Below, piece by piece: positions 18,999 through 28,217 of a DNA stretch of 64,000 nucleotides; position 1 is the first letter of the stretch, and each line of letters starts with the position of its first letter. This stretch comes from an uncultured Gammaproteobacteria bacterium (lineage in GTDB: Bacteria > Patescibacteriota > Microgenomatia > Daviesbacterales > UBA10151), in NCBI GenBank assembly GCA_964396715.1, contig CAYNFQ010000001.1, positions 21,037 to 85,036 on the forward strand. The letters run 5' to 3'. Below the pieces are notes generated by a model that saw only the letters and a program-made list of their open reading frames with translations, was not told the origin of the DNA and ran no database searches. The translations under genes were made by a program, and so were the position numbers.

Positions 18999-20085
18999 AA
19001 GTTATGGGAATGATACCAATTATAACAAGAATACTGCCTATGATGGATAAAAAATTTATTTGTTGTGGAGATTTAACTAATTTTTCAGGTGTTGATGATG
19101 GAGTAGTAGACGTAGTGGCAGCAGCCACAGTTGCACTATGATAGACTAGTGTATCATAACTTTTTGACTTATTGGCAGCAGTTTTACTTTTAGCTGATTG
19201 TTCCAATTGCGGTGAGGATAATGGGGTAGTAGTGGATGATGAGTTATCGGGTGATATGCCGCCCTGGTTAGTATTTTCAACAGCGGTAATTTTAATACCT
19301 GATTCATTACTCCAGGTGGGACCTGAACCAGCAGAGGTATATCTTGCCACTTTAAAAATATAATCACCAGTGCCTGTAAAACCAGAGTCCTCACTGTCTG
19401 GTTGAATCTCCAAGTTACCTGACCAATTTCCGGAAGAGTCTGTATTTATAGAGTATTGGCTGGAATAATTACCGCCATTCTTTACCCAGTTTCCAGAAAC
19501 TTTCGTCTGACCAAAATAATTGGTACTATCAGCTTTTTTAAAAGCTCCTTTAAGGTAAAAAGTGTTATTGGGATTATTTGGTAAAGATAAATTAATTAAT
19601 ACACTAAATTGTTGACCAGAGTTTATTTGTGAAGGAATATTTGAAATTAAAAAAGATGAGGTTGAAGAATTTGTAGGTAAAGGGGTAGAAGTGGCAGTAG
19701 GAGTGGGTGAAGAAGTAGGAGCAGGGGTTGGGTTTGCTTCAATTAAATTAAATGACCAAGTATTGCTCCAGCTACTCCATGTACCAGTTGAATCTCTTGC
19801 TTCTATCCGCCAATACCAAGTTCCTGGGTATAGAGCAGGAGTATAAGTAGTAGCTGTTTTATAACTGTCTCTATAAATACTTGAGACAGGAGAAAAACTG
19901 GGATCAATATGAATTTGTACTCTGTACGGATTAGAGGAATAAAGTGAATAAGATGGAGCCTGCCAGTTTAAAGATGAAGACGAAACTGTTGAGCCATTCT
20001 CGGGGCCCATTTGAGTTGGTGGTTCGCCAGCAAATACTGGTTTTACAAATAATAACCCTAGCAAGAGAAAGAGGATTGCCAGCAC
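18952..20085 (-). CDS. Exported Ser/Thr-rich surface protein with Ig/FnIII-like segment and C-terminal TM anchor
   Basis: Signal peptide, WYWRIEA...WSSWS, PT linker, C-terminal TM followed by a basic tail. Confidence 0.7.
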   Translation of the reverse strand: MLAILFLLLGLLFVKPVFAGEPPTQMGPENGSTVSSSSLNWQAPSYSLYSSNPYRVQIHIDPSFSPVSSIYRDSYKTATTYTPALYPGTWYWRIEARDSTGTWSSWSNTWSFNLIEANPTPAPTSSPTPTATSTPLPTNSSTSSFLISNIPSQINSGQQFSVLINLSLPNNPNNTFYLKGAFKKADSTNYFGQTKVSGNWVKNGGNYSSQYSINTDSSGNWSGNLEIQPDSEDSGFTGTGDYIFKVARYTSAGSGPTWSNESGIKITAVENTNQGGISPDNSSSTTTPLSSPQLEQSAKSKTAANKSKSYDTLVYHSATVAAATTSTTPSSTPEKLVKSPQQINFLSIIGSILVIIGIIPITYAIYNKFGKRNKESS

Positions 20086-20100
20086 ATCTTTATACTAACA

Positions 20101-21291
20101 CTAGAGGATATGCCAGTACAAAGTAACTAGGCCGTTTTGGTGGTCAATTACCACTCCTTTACCCACAGGTGACCCTCCGGAAATATTGTAATTACAGGGA
20201 GCTTGGGTGGAATAAGCGATGCCGCCCTCTGCAGCTAAAATAGGTCTGCCTAACCCGCCGCCTCCCTGGGGGGCAATATCCAAACCTGTGTGTGAAGATG
20301 GAAACCCGAAAACTTTATAAACTTCCCCATATTCTGTAGTAATCACCCACCCCCCACCCGGAAATCCTGACACAGGGGAACCTAATTTTCCATTATCCAG
20401 AAAATTATGGGGATTAACACGATTCCCCAAAACCTTTCCTCCTTCCACCTTGGCATTTTCAAAAACTTCAAAATGCAAATGCGGGCCTGTTGAGCAGCCG
20501 GTTGAACCCATAGCAGCTATTACTTCACCTTTTGAAACTGGGCCTATCTTTGCCCCGACATTGGAAATAGCCTGGGCAATGGAGGTAATTTCCGCCTGCA
20601 GTTGGGCAATTATGCCCTGATAGCGGGCTTCATCGTTTTTGGTAACCCGCAGCAGTTCATCTTTATCTTTTTTTTGTTGCTCAAGCTGTTTTTTATACGC
20701 CTCAAGTTCATTATTTAATTTTTCCGCCTCAAACTGCCTTGTTTCCTTATCTTCTTTTTGGTCATTGTAGGCTAGTTTAGTGGCCTGCAGTTCATATAAC
20801 TTTTTCTTATCATAGGCTTGTGCTACCTGGATGTATTTAAGCCGTTCAATTAAATCGGCAAAGCCGTGAGAGGAAAAAAGCAGGTCAAATGTGGATAAGG
20901 CATTGCTGTATTTATATGTCTGGACAATTCTTCGCAGTAAAAGCTCTGAAAGCGTGTCCAAACTGGCACCAATCCTGTTAATTCTTCCCGATAAATCGGA
21001 GATCTCTCTTTTTAGTTTTTCTATTTTTAAATTGGTTTCCTCAATTTTTAAGGTGGTAATTTTTGATTGTCCGTCAATGATTGCCAGTTGAGATTTTAAG
21101 GTTTTTTCCTGATTTTGGACACCGTGAAGTTGATCCTCGCATTTACTCAATACCTCGCTCACACAGATCAGATGTTTTCCCGGATCAGAATCCGTACATG
21201 AGGATGAATCACAAGCTGTTTGAGCAAAAGTAGGATTGGGGGTTAGGGAGGCAGAACTAAATAGTAACAGTAATAGTAATAACTTTTTCAT
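20101..21291 (-). CDS. Coiled-coil plus M23 peptidase (EnvC/PcsB-like FtsEX partner), M23 motifs in permuted order
   Basis: Signal peptide, long coiled coil, GSTG.STGPHLHF, HTGLD, TLYWH; directly downstream of ftsX. Confidence 0.85.
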   Translation of the reverse strand: MKKLLLLLLLFSSASLTPNPTFAQTACDSSSCTDSDPGKHLICVSEVLSKCEDQLHGVQNQEKTLKSQLAIIDGQSKITTLKIEETNLKIEKLKREISDLSGRINRIGASLDTLSELLLRRIVQTYKYSNALSTFDLLFSSHGFADLIERLKYIQVAQAYDKKKLYELQATKLAYNDQKEDKETRQFEAEKLNNELEAYKKQLEQQKKDKDELLRVTKNDEARYQGIIAQLQAEITSIAQAISNVGAKIGPVSKGEVIAAMGSTGCSTGPHLHFEVFENAKVEGGKVLGNRVNPHNFLDNGKLGSPVSGFPGGGWVITTEYGEVYKVFGFPSSHTGLDIAPQGGGGLGRPILAAEGGIAYSTQAPCNYNISGGSPVGKGVVIDHQNGLVTLYWHIL

Positions 21292-21299
21292 TCATCTCT

Positions 21300-22172
21300 C
21301 TAGATTTTTAAATAACGTCTGACAGCAAAAAGCGAACCAATTCCACCCACCAGACAGGCAGTCAATAAACTGGTTAGCAGAAGAGCTAACATAAAGAGGG
21401 GATTAACTGGTAACAGTTGGATTTCCCCCAAATACCCCTGCAAAAAAGGAGTAAAGTACCAAAGCAGGGCATAGGATAAAATCCAAGCCAGCATTGCTCC
21501 GCAAACCCCGTAAAACATCCCTTCCAAAATAAACGGGTTTCTGACAAATGATGAGGAGGCACCCAAAAGCCGCATAATTTCTATCTCGCCTCTTTTAAGC
21601 CTGATTTTAAATCCGATAATCATCACAATAACCAATGTGGCAAATATCATCAAAAACAAAACAGTTGCCCCACCCACCATTCTGATGATTGAGGTGACGG
21701 CAGTTAAAGTTTGTATCACATCCTCCGGCACAATCACTTCCGACACCACAGGTTCTCTTTTTAAAATTTCCGCAATCGGGGCCAAATCCTCCGGGTTTTG
21801 GGTTGATACTTCCAAAGAAGCAGGTAAAATATTGGCAGTGACTAATTCCAAAAGGGCTGGATCAGACTTATTTTTCTCCTGGTAAATTTGCAAAGCTTCT
21901 TCTTTGGAAACGAATTTTGTTTTAGTCACCCGGCTTTCTTCAAGCAGGGCATTTTCTATGGCAGAAACATCCTGGGAAGTAGTTCCTTCCTTAAAAAAAA
22001 CAATTACCTGAGGCTTACTTTCAAAATAGCGCAAGGTGGCTTGTGAACCAAGAGCTAAAATCAAAAAAGTAAGTAGCGCGAAAAATGTCAGAAACATTAT
22101 CATTGAGGCAGCCAGCGCCTGAAACGGAGTTCTTCTGATATTTCTTTTGGCATATTCAAATGATCTACTCAT
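21300..22172 (-). CDS. ftsX: Cell division permease FtsX
   Basis: Four TM helices, FVSKEEAL, EIEIMRLLGA..FVRNPF. Confidence 0.92.
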   Translation of the reverse strand: MSRSFEYAKRNIRRTPFQALAASMIMFLTFFALLTFLILALGSQATLRYFESKPQVIVFFKEGTTSQDVSAIENALLEESRVTKTKFVSKEEALQIYQEKNKSDPALLELVTANILPASLEVSTQNPEDLAPIAEILKREPVVSEVIVPEDVIQTLTAVTSIIRMVGGATVLFLMIFATLVIVMIIGFKIRLKRGEIEIMRLLGASSSFVRNPFILEGMFYGVCGAMLAWILSYALLWYFTPFLQGYLGEIQLLPVNPLFMLALLLTSLLTACLVGGIGSLFAVRRYLKI

Positions 22173-22839
22173 ATTTACCTTCTTTGGAATCAGATGTAAT
22201 TTTTCCTTTTTTTAAAGTAATAACCCTTTTTTTTAAAGAATTGACAATTTCCTGGTTGTGGGTTGCCATAATCACAATTGTTCCCCAGGAGTTGATTTCA
22301 TTTAAAAGTTGTATGACCCCCCAGGCGGTTTTTTGATCCAAATCCCCTGTTGGTTCATCAGCCAGCAGTATGTCAGGTTTTCCTACAATGGCCCGGGCAA
22401 TGGCGGTTCTTTGTGCCTCCCCACCGGAAAGCTGTCTTGGGAAAAGATTCCGTTTATCCCAAATCTCCACCAGCTTCAAGATGTGTTCAACCATTTTGGC
22501 AATCTCTCCCTCATTTTTTCCTAAAACCTCCAAAGTTAAGGCCACGTTTTCAAAGACAGTCCGATCATCCAACAATTTGAAATCCTGAAATACTACTCCC
22601 ACTTTTCGGCGAAGAGAGGGAATATCCTGATCTTTAATTTTGGTAATATCCTGATTCCCAATCATTACTTTGCCGTTTGTGGGTGAAACTTCTTTGGTTA
22701 AAATACGAAGCAAAGTGGATTTACCGGCGCCAGAAGGCCCCACCGCAAAAACAAACTCACCCTGTTTAATTTCCAGTGAAATATCGTCTAAAGCTATGGT
22801 TGAGCCGTATTTTTTTGAAACAGAATCGAAACGTATCAT
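22165..22839 (-). CDS. ftsE: Cell division ATP-binding protein FtsE
   Basis: GPSGAGKST, VFQDFKLL, LSGGE, LADEPTG; adjacent to ftsX. Confidence 0.93.
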   Translation of the reverse strand: MIRFDSVSKKYGSTIALDDISLEIKQGEFVFAVGPSGAGKSTLLRILTKEVSPTNGKVMIGNQDITKIKDQDIPSLRRKVGVVFQDFKLLDDRTVFENVALTLEVLGKNEGEIAKMVEHILKLVEIWDKRNLFPRQLSGGEAQRTAIARAIVGKPDILLADEPTGDLDQKTAWGVIQLLNEINSWGTIVIMATHNQEIVNSLKKRVITLKKGKITSDSKEGKYE

Positions 22840-22842
22840 TCA

Positions 22843-23292
22843 TTAATTAATTTCTTCTACTTTACCTACATCCATCAGCCAGCCTTCTTTTAAGGCTTTT
22901 TGTGTTTCGCCAAAAACCTTAACATTTTTGCCTTCATAAAGGGAGAGGTCTACAACAGAGGAAGTTAAGGCAACAGGAACAGCGCCTTCTCTTTCCAGAT
23001 TATGAGTTCCTTCGGTATAGGCGGTTGGATCTTTGGGTTGCGGCTTTGCCTTAATGGTGCCTTCTGCAAAGTCTCTGAAGGTGCGGGTGTCTGCCTGTGG
23101 AGTGTTTGGAGTACCGGCAGTACTCAAATTGTCCCCCGTAGCGTCTTTTGTTGCCAGCAGAAAACCTGAGACTGCTCCTAAAACAATTGATGAAATAACA
23201 ACTATTAAAAGCATTTTCTTGGGATTGTCTGAGTCAACAAAGTGCCTGGTGATATTTTCACTTATTGTTGTTTTAGGAGCTACGGGTTCCAT
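22843..23292 (-). CDS. Hypothetical single-TM protein
   Basis: One TM helix and a small beta-rich C-terminal domain; first gene of the ftsEX run. Confidence 0.7.
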   Translation of the reverse strand: MEPVAPKTTISENITRHFVDSDNPKKMLLIVVISSIVLGAVSGFLLATKDATGDNLSTAGTPNTPQADTRTFRDFAEGTIKAKPQPKDPTAYTEGTHNLEREGAVPVALTSSVVDLSLYEGKNVKVFGETQKALKEGWLMDVGKVEEIN

Positions 23293-23336
23293 ATATGTAA
23301 CTTATATTAACAGTAAATTGAGTAATTTGTCTACCC

Positions 23337-24431
23337 TTATTTTTGCAACATTCTCAATTCTGATTCTATAAATTGATCCAAGTTTCCGTCCAAAACGCCG
23401 TCAGTATCTGAAGTTTCAATATTAGTCCTTAAATCTTTAACCATATGATAAGGATGCAATACATATGATCTAATTTGGGTCCCCCATGAGGCTTGAGTAT
23501 TTTCACCTTTTAGCTCTTTTTTCAGTTTTTCACCCTGAGCTTGTCGAAGGGCCCAAAGTTTGGCCAAAAGCAGTTTCATGGCATTTTCTCTGTTTTGGAG
23601 TTGGGATCTCTCTGTTTGGGCAGTGACTGTAATGCCTGTGGGAATATGCTTTACCCTCACTGCTGTTGAAACTTTATTTACATTTTGCCCTCCGGCCCCT
23701 CCGGATCTGAAGGCCTCAAATTCTATGTCTGCTTCATTTATCTCAACCTCACTGGGATTAATTACAGGTAAAACTTCAACTAAGGCAAAGGATGTCTGTC
23801 TTAGTTTATCTGCATTAAAAGGGGATTGTCTGACTAACCTGTGGGTGCCTCGCTCACCTTTTAAATAACCAAAGGCATATGGTTCGTGGATAATCATGGA
23901 AAAAGTTTTATATCCTGCCTCCTCTCCTGGCATCTCATCTGTTACTTCATATTCCCAGCCCTTTTTCTCAACATACCGTTGATACATTCTGGCAAGCATA
24001 GCAGTCCAATCCATGGCCTCAACTCCGCCTGTGCCTGAGTGAACAGATAAAATAGCGTCTGCCCCATCATGAGGATTAGATAAAAAGAGTTTAAGTTCTA
24101 TTGAATTCATTTGCTCTTGAATCTTATCAGCTTCCTTGTTGATCTCCAAAAGCATTGATTGTGCCTCCAAGGCGTCCCCCTGTAGGCTCGACAGCTCAAT
24201 GGCCTCATCCATTCTTTTTTTAAGAGTCTCTAAAGTTTCCAAATTTTTTTGTTTGTTTGCCAGATTTTGTGTAATCTTCCTTGCTTCTTCATGATTATTC
24301 CAAAACCCTGCCGTCATAGTATCAGCCTCAAGCTCCCTAATTTCTCTTCTTAGCTGATCTTGATCAATTTGAGTAGAGATCTTTTGGAATCTTTCCTTTA
24401 AATTTTTTAATTTATCCTGTAAATCTTGCAT
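23337..24431 (-). CDS. prfB: Peptide chain release factor 2, with no internal frameshift
   Basis: SPF anticodon-mimic motif, GGQNVNK, WG.QIRSY; ATG 24431 has TATAAT 6 nt upstream. Confidence 0.96.
   Translation of the reverse strand: MQDLQDKLKNLKERFQKISTQIDQDQLRREIRELEADTMTAGFWNNHEEARKITQNLANKQKNLETLETLKKRMDEAIELSSLQGDALEAQSMLLEINKEADKIQEQMNSIELKLFLSNPHDGADAILSVHSGTGGVEAMDWTAMLARMYQRYVEKKGWEYEVTDEMPGEEAGYKTFSMIIHEPYAFGYLKGERGTHRLVRQSPFNADKLRQTSFALVEVLPVINPSEVEINEADIEFEAFRSGGAGGQNVNKVSTAVRVKHIPTGITVTAQTERSQLQNRENAMKLLLAKLWALRQAQGEKLKKELKGENTQASWGTQIRSYVLHPYHMVKDLRTNIETSDTDGVLDGNLDQFIESELRMLQK
23533..23551. repeat. 19-bp REP-like element within prfB
   Basis: CCCTGAGCTTGTCGAAGGG, read as LRQAQG. 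Confidence 0.7.
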
Positions 24432-24449
24432 GTAGGAATTATATCCTAC

Positions 24450-24489
24450 TTGACAATAAATATACAAGTTATATACAATACTTGTATAT
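24450..24489 (+). promoter_or_regulatory. Toxin-antitoxin promoter with overlapping operator
   Basis: TTGACA (24450) and TACAAT (24474); perfect inverted repeat ATATACAAGT-N10-ACTTGTATAT. Confidence 0.75.
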
Positions 24490-24736
24490 GCAAACACAAA
24501 CTTTTAATATAGCTTTGCCTAAAGATCTAGTCAAAAAAGTAGATCAACAAGCTAAAGAAGAATACAAAAATAGATCAGAACTTATCCGTGAGGCCTTGAG
24601 AATTTATCTAAAGAGAAGAGAAGATTGGAATCAAATATTCAAAGCAGGAAGGGAAGCAGCTAGGAAAATGGGCATTACAAGCGAAAAGCAAATAAATGAT
24701 ATTGTTTATGAATTCCGTCACGGACGAAAACCTTAA
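24488..24736 (+). CDS. Ribbon-helix-helix (CopG-like) antitoxin
   Basis: TFNIALP...VD..AK....RSELIREAL. Confidence 0.85.
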   Translation: MQTQTFNIALPKDLVKKVDQQAKEEYKNRSELIREALRIYLKRREDWNQIFKAGREAARKMGITSEKQINDIVYEFRHGRKP

Positions 24737-25130
24737 AGTAGTTTTAGATACTAATATTCTAATATCCGCTATAGCTTTCGGGGGTAAACCAGAGGAAGTA
24801 TTAAATCTAGTATTAGATGAAAAGATTATTGCAGTTACCTCCCCTATTCTTTTAGCAGAATTTCAAGAAGTATATAATAAAAACTTCCCTTTAAAATTTG
24901 TGGATTTTGAGTTAACACTGGAAAAGATTGAAGAAATTTTCAAAATAGTAAAACCTAAGAGATCTCTTAAAATAGTTAGGGATGAAGATGATAATAGAGT
25001 CCTGGAGGCAGCTGCGGAAGGGTCTTGTAAGTTTATCATTACAGGGGATAAAGATTTACTTGATTTAGCAAATTATCAAAATATAAAAATTGTGACTGCT
25101 GAGCAATTTTTGTCCGAATTTCTTATATGA
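24708..25130 (+). CDS. PIN-domain toxin (VapC-like)
   Basis: VVLDTNILISA, RDEDDN.VLE.A, IITGDKDLL; start may be 24696. Confidence 0.88.
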   Translation: MNSVTDENLKVVLDTNILISAIAFGGKPEEVLNLVLDEKIIAVTSPILLAEFQEVYNKNFPLKFVDFELTLEKIEEIFKIVKPKRSLKIVRDEDDNRVLEAAAEGSCKFIITGDKDLLDLANYQNIKIVTAEQFLSEFLI

Positions 25131-25429
25131 TTTTGTATATTGATACCAGAGATAGTAAAAAAATAATTGTGTTTTTGAAAAAAGAGGGGAAAGTGATGGC
25201 AGAATTATCTAAACAAAATGAATATGGTTCACAGGTTTTGCTGCCATTGATTTTAAGATTACTGAAAACTGTAAACTGTAACCTGAAAACTCTCAAAGGA
25301 ATTGAAGTAGAAACTGGGCCTGGGTCTTTTACTGGACTTCGGGTTGGAGTATCAGTTGCTAATGCTTTAGCCTACTCATTAAATATTCCTGTTAATGGTA
25401 AGAAAATAGAAGCAGATTTGGTATACTGA
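25127..25429 (+). CDS. tsaB: Short TsaB (N-terminal domain only)
   Basis: LYIDT, SQ.LLP, GPGSFTGLRVG. Confidence 0.85.
   Translation: MILYIDTRDSKKIIVFLKKEGKVMAELSKQNEYGSQVLLPLILRLLKTVNCNLKTLKGIEVETGPGSFTGLRVGVSVANALAYSLNIPVNGKKIEADLVY
25261..25291. repeat. 7-bp tandem repeat in frame within tsaB
   Basis: ACTGAAA ACTGTAA ACTGTAA CCTGAAA ACT. Confidence 0.7.
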
Positions 25430-25433
25430 ATAC

Positions 25434-26318
25434 ATGTTCTGGCATAAGATCCATCACTGGTTCATTCCACATCAAGAGACACACCAGAAAGCCCACCTGA
25501 TTTCCTGGGAAGGGCTTTTAATATATATTCTGTTTTTTATTTTTTTGCAGGTGGGATTTTCCGCGATAGGGTATTCCAAACCCGGGATTTTGGGGATTTC
25601 TGCCAATTTAGACCAACAAGTTTTGATTGAATTGACCAATAAAGAACGGCAAAAGTTAGGTTTGCCGCCTGTTTCGGAAAACGAGGCTTTGGATAAGGCT
25701 GCGGAGCTAAAAGCCCAAAATATGTTTGCGGAAAACTACTGGTCGCACTTTGCCCCTTCCGGCAAAACACCCTGGGATTTTATCTTGGGTTCAGGATATA
25801 AATTTACCTATGCGGGGGAAAATTTGGCCAAAAATTTTTACAGTTCTTCAGATGTGGTGTCTGCCTGGATGGCATCTCAAACCCACCGGGATAACCTTTT
25901 AAACCCCAAGTATCAGGATATTGGGATTGCTGTGGTGGAAGGAGTTTTAAATGGACAAAAAACTACCCTGGTGGTGCAGGAATTCGGCAGCACTCAAATG
26001 ATAGCGGGAAATCCTTCAGTTAATGTCCAGGGAAAACAGATTCAAATTCCCAAGGAAGAGTATGCTGCAAAAGGGGAGCTTTTGCTGGCTGCATCCAAAA
26101 CAATCACCGGCATAAAACCCTTGCTTAATCCCTATTCATTTATCAAGTTCGCCTCTTTTTCCGTAATTTTGTTGATCGCTACCCTGCTGATAGTTGATAT
26201 TTGGGTTTTGAGGAGGCGGGGAGTGTTCAGAATTTCTTCACACCATATAGCTCATATGGCGTTGCTTTCTCTAACAGCAGGCAGTCTCTTTTTGGCAAAT
26301 CCAGGAGCAATTCTATGA
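25434..26318 (+). CDS. CAP/SCP-domain membrane protein
   Basis: TN.ER, YWSH, AGENLA, WMAS..HRDN, VVQEFG. Confidence 0.88.
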   Translation: MFWHKIHHWFIPHQETHQKAHLISWEGLLIYILFFIFLQVGFSAIGYSKPGILGISANLDQQVLIELTNKERQKLGLPPVSENEALDKAAELKAQNMFAENYWSHFAPSGKTPWDFILGSGYKFTYAGENLAKNFYSSSDVVSAWMASQTHRDNLLNPKYQDIGIAVVEGVLNGQKTTLVVQEFGSTQMIAGNPSVNVQGKQIQIPKEEYAAKGELLLAASKTITGIKPLLNPYSFIKFASFSVILLIATLLIVDIWVLRRRGVFRISSHHIAHMALLSLTAGSLFLANPGAIL

Positions 26319-26473
26319 CACCTTTAAAAATTTTACTGATCGGTATACTGATTTATTTGGCTTGGGCCTTTATTTTCCACAAACGTGATAAAAGTTTGAC
26401 TTGGCCCATTTTTTTGGAGTATGTTTTAACTGCTGTTTTAGTTTTGATACTTCTTTTGGGAGTTTTAGTATAA
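26315..26473 (+). CDS. Small membrane protein with two TM segments
   Basis: ATGA coupling to the upstream gene; Y.AWA..FH..DK.L motif. Confidence 0.6.
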   Translation: MTPLKILLIGILIYLAWAFIFHKRDKSLTWPIFLEYVLTAVLVLILLLGVLV

Positions 26474-26480
26474 TTAAACT

Positions 26481-27212
26481 ATGAAAGGTGTCATATTGGC
26501 AGGAGGATTGGGAACCCGTCTTTATCCTCTGACTAAAGTTACAAATAAACACTTATTGCCGGTTTACAACAAACCGATGATTTTTTATCCGATAGATACA
26601 TTGGTCAAAGCAGGCATTACTGATATTTTGGTGGTGACAGGAGGACCTCACTGCGGCCACTTTATGTCTATTTTAAAAAATGGACAGGAGTTGGGAATTA
26701 AACATTTAGAATATGCTTATCAGGAGGATGAAGGTGGTATTGCTCACGCTTTATCCTTGGCTGAAAATTTTGCCGAAGGAGACAGTATTGCGGTAATTTT
26801 GGGTGATAATACTTCTGATTCCGATATTTCGGAGGCTGTTAGTAACTTCAAAGAAGGAGCATTGATATTTTTAAAAGAAGTTCCCGACCCCGAGCGTTTC
26901 GGCATTGCCACTTTTGACCCAAAAGATTCTTCAAAAATAATCAAAATAACGGAAAAGCCAAAAAACCCTGATTCTAAAATGGCAGTGACGGGAGTTTATA
27001 TTTATGATAACAAGGTTTTCGATTTTATCAGAGAAATAAAACCATCGGACAGAGGGGAACTGGAGATTACCGATGTTAATAATAAATATGTAGAAAAGGG
27101 TCAGCTTTCTTGGAGCGAACTGAAAGGTTACTGGTGGGATGCCGGCACCTTTGATACTTTGCTTGAGGCCCAAAACTTTTGGGCAAAGAAGGTAAAGGAG
27201 CAGAGTCAATAA
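26481..27212 (+). CDS. rmlA: Glucose-1-phosphate thymidylyltransferase (short form)
   Basis: LAGGLGTRL, K.LLPVY.KP, EKP, RGELEITD. Confidence 0.88.
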   Translation: MKGVILAGGLGTRLYPLTKVTNKHLLPVYNKPMIFYPIDTLVKAGITDILVVTGGPHCGHFMSILKNGQELGIKHLEYAYQEDEGGIAHALSLAENFAEGDSIAVILGDNTSDSDISEAVSNFKEGALIFLKEVPDPERFGIATFDPKDSSKIIKITEKPKNPDSKMAVTGVYIYDNKVFDFIREIKPSDRGELEITDVNNKYVEKGQLSWSELKGYWWDAGTFDTLLEAQNFWAKKVKEQSQ

Positions 27213-28217
27213 ATGAAGCTTTTAGTTACGGGAGGAGCAGGGTTCATAGGCAGTAACTTCATTCATTACTGGATTCAAAATCACCCGGAGGATCAGATTA
27301 TTAATTTTGATGCGCTAACTTATGCAGGTCATTTAGAAAGTCTTAAAGATGTGGCTGATAATCCCAATTATGAGTTTATAAAAGGAGATATAACAAACCC
27401 CGAAGATATTAACAAGGCGATGGAGGGGGTTGGTGTTGTTGTTCATTTTGCTGCAGAGTCCCATGTAGACCGTTCCATAATGAACCCTTCGGTATTTGTC
27501 AGCACAAATGTGCTAGGAACTGCCACACTGCTTAATGCAGCGCTAGAGTTTAAAGTAGATCGATTTCATCATGTGTCAACAGATGAGGTATATGGAGACC
27601 TTGGTCCAAATGATCCTCCTTTTACAGAAGAGTCTCCTTATGCTCCGAGAACTTCTTATGCTGCTTCCAAAGCCGGGTCTGATCATTTAGTCAGAGCGTA
27701 TTTTGAAACTTATGGTTTACCTATAACTATCACAAATTGTGCAAATAACTACGGCCCGTATCATGATCCGGAAAAGTTAATCCCGCGTTTTATTACAAAT
27801 TTGCTAGAGGGCAAAAAGGTTCCTTTAATGGGAAAAGGTGAAAATATCAGGGAATGGCTTCATGTAGATGATCATGCTAGTGCAATTGATCTGGTTTTAC
27901 AAAAAGGCAATGCGGGGGAAATATATCTTATCCAGGGTGAGGAAAAAACCAATTACGAAATAACTCAAATGATTTTAAAAATCTTGGGAATGGATGAGTC
28001 GATGATAGAATATGTTGGTCACAGATTAGGTCATGATTTCCGTTATGCAATTGATGGCAGCAAAATAAAGGCATTGGGTTGGAAAAGAAAACATACTCTT
28101 TTGGAGGATTTACCTAAAGTAATTGAGTGGTATAAAGAAAATGAGTGGTGGTGGAAACCACTTAAAAGTGACAGGCCAAATGTGGATAGAGTAGCCCAAA
28201 AATCTTATGGAAACTAA
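27213..28217 (+). CDS. rmlB: dTDP-glucose 4,6-dehydratase
   Basis: GGAGFIG, AAESHVDRS, STDEVYG, YAASK. Confidence 0.95.
   Translation: MKLLVTGGAGFIGSNFIHYWIQNHPEDQIINFDALTYAGHLESLKDVADNPNYEFIKGDITNPEDINKAMEGVGVVVHFAAESHVDRSIMNPSVFVSTNVLGTATLLNAALEFKVDRFHHVSTDEVYGDLGPNDPPFTEESPYAPRTSYAASKAGSDHLVRAYFETYGLPITITNCANNYGPYHDPEKLIPRFITNLLEGKKVPLMGKGENIREWLHVDDHASAIDLVLQKGNAGEIYLIQGEEKTNYEITQMILKILGMDESMIEYVGHRLGHDFRYAIDGSKIKALGWKRKHTLLEDLPKVIEWYKENEWWWKPLKSDRPNVDRVAQKSYGN

Noticed and set aside
21232-21248. Two-copy heptamer-like stretches (also near 15484, 42402 and 54221)
   Set aside because: Too few copies to distinguish from chance
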